Shown in pieces: positions 63,808 through 64,000 of a stretch of DNA of 64,000 nt. The notes under the pieces are model-generated. The model made no database searches and had not been told where the DNA came from. It worked only from the letters and a program-made list of their open reading frames with translations. Position 1 is the first letter of the stretch, and every line of letters begins with the position of its first letter. This stretch comes from Marsupella aquatica (lineage: Eukaryota > Plantae > Marchantiophyta): positions 17,139,651-17,203,650 of the forward strand of contig OZ316891.1 in the NCBI GenBank assembly GCA_973895155.1. The letters are read 5' to 3'. A program made the translations under genes and the position numbers.

Positions 63808-64000
63808 AGGATGTTGTCTCTATAATATGTGACGCGACCATTCGCGTGACTACATCCATACGGGCTCATGCATCTTCTTGTGTTTCTCTACAGGAGATTC
63901 ATTGCAGCAGAGAAAATGGGCTCATAGTTTTAGACGTGGAGCATCTACTCTGTTACACTGCACCGCATTCCCGATTGATGGCGGTCTCAACTGGAATTTG

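Overview
Eukaryotic, intron-containing DNA consisting almost entirely of nested, mostly decayed transposons. The TE families suggest a non-seed land plant such as a bryophyte (inference). From left to right: (1) the right end of a CACTA/En-Spm element with TnpD and an adjacent SET-domain ORF; (2) a Sola-like DDD transposase remnant; (3) a full-length L1-type LINE with a 19-bp TSD; (4) a second LINE interrupted by a young Bianca-type Ty1/copia (135-bp LTRs), a 1.7-kb unclassified insert and a 4.7-kb TG..CA element; (5) a ~16-kb Mutator-like element (47022-63123) with ~270-bp diverged TIRs. The Mutator-like element encodes a GCM-like/MULE/SWIM transposase and, divergently, a spliced gene fusing a ParB/Sulfiredoxin-like domain to an N6/N4 DNA-methyltransferase-like fold. 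A second diverged copy of that gene lies at 38.7-46.0 kb. About 30 copies of a 15-bp palindrome, TAGCGC-YNR-GCGCTA, occur only in non-coding DNA (introns, promoters, TIRs) of these ParB-MTase elements, a parS-like arrangement and the best candidate for an undescribed system. A second recurring oddity is three separate 3.9-4.7-kb TG..CA/5-bp-TSD units without gag-pol that each carry a related long gene. All domain calls are by motif recognition by eye; no database searches were run.
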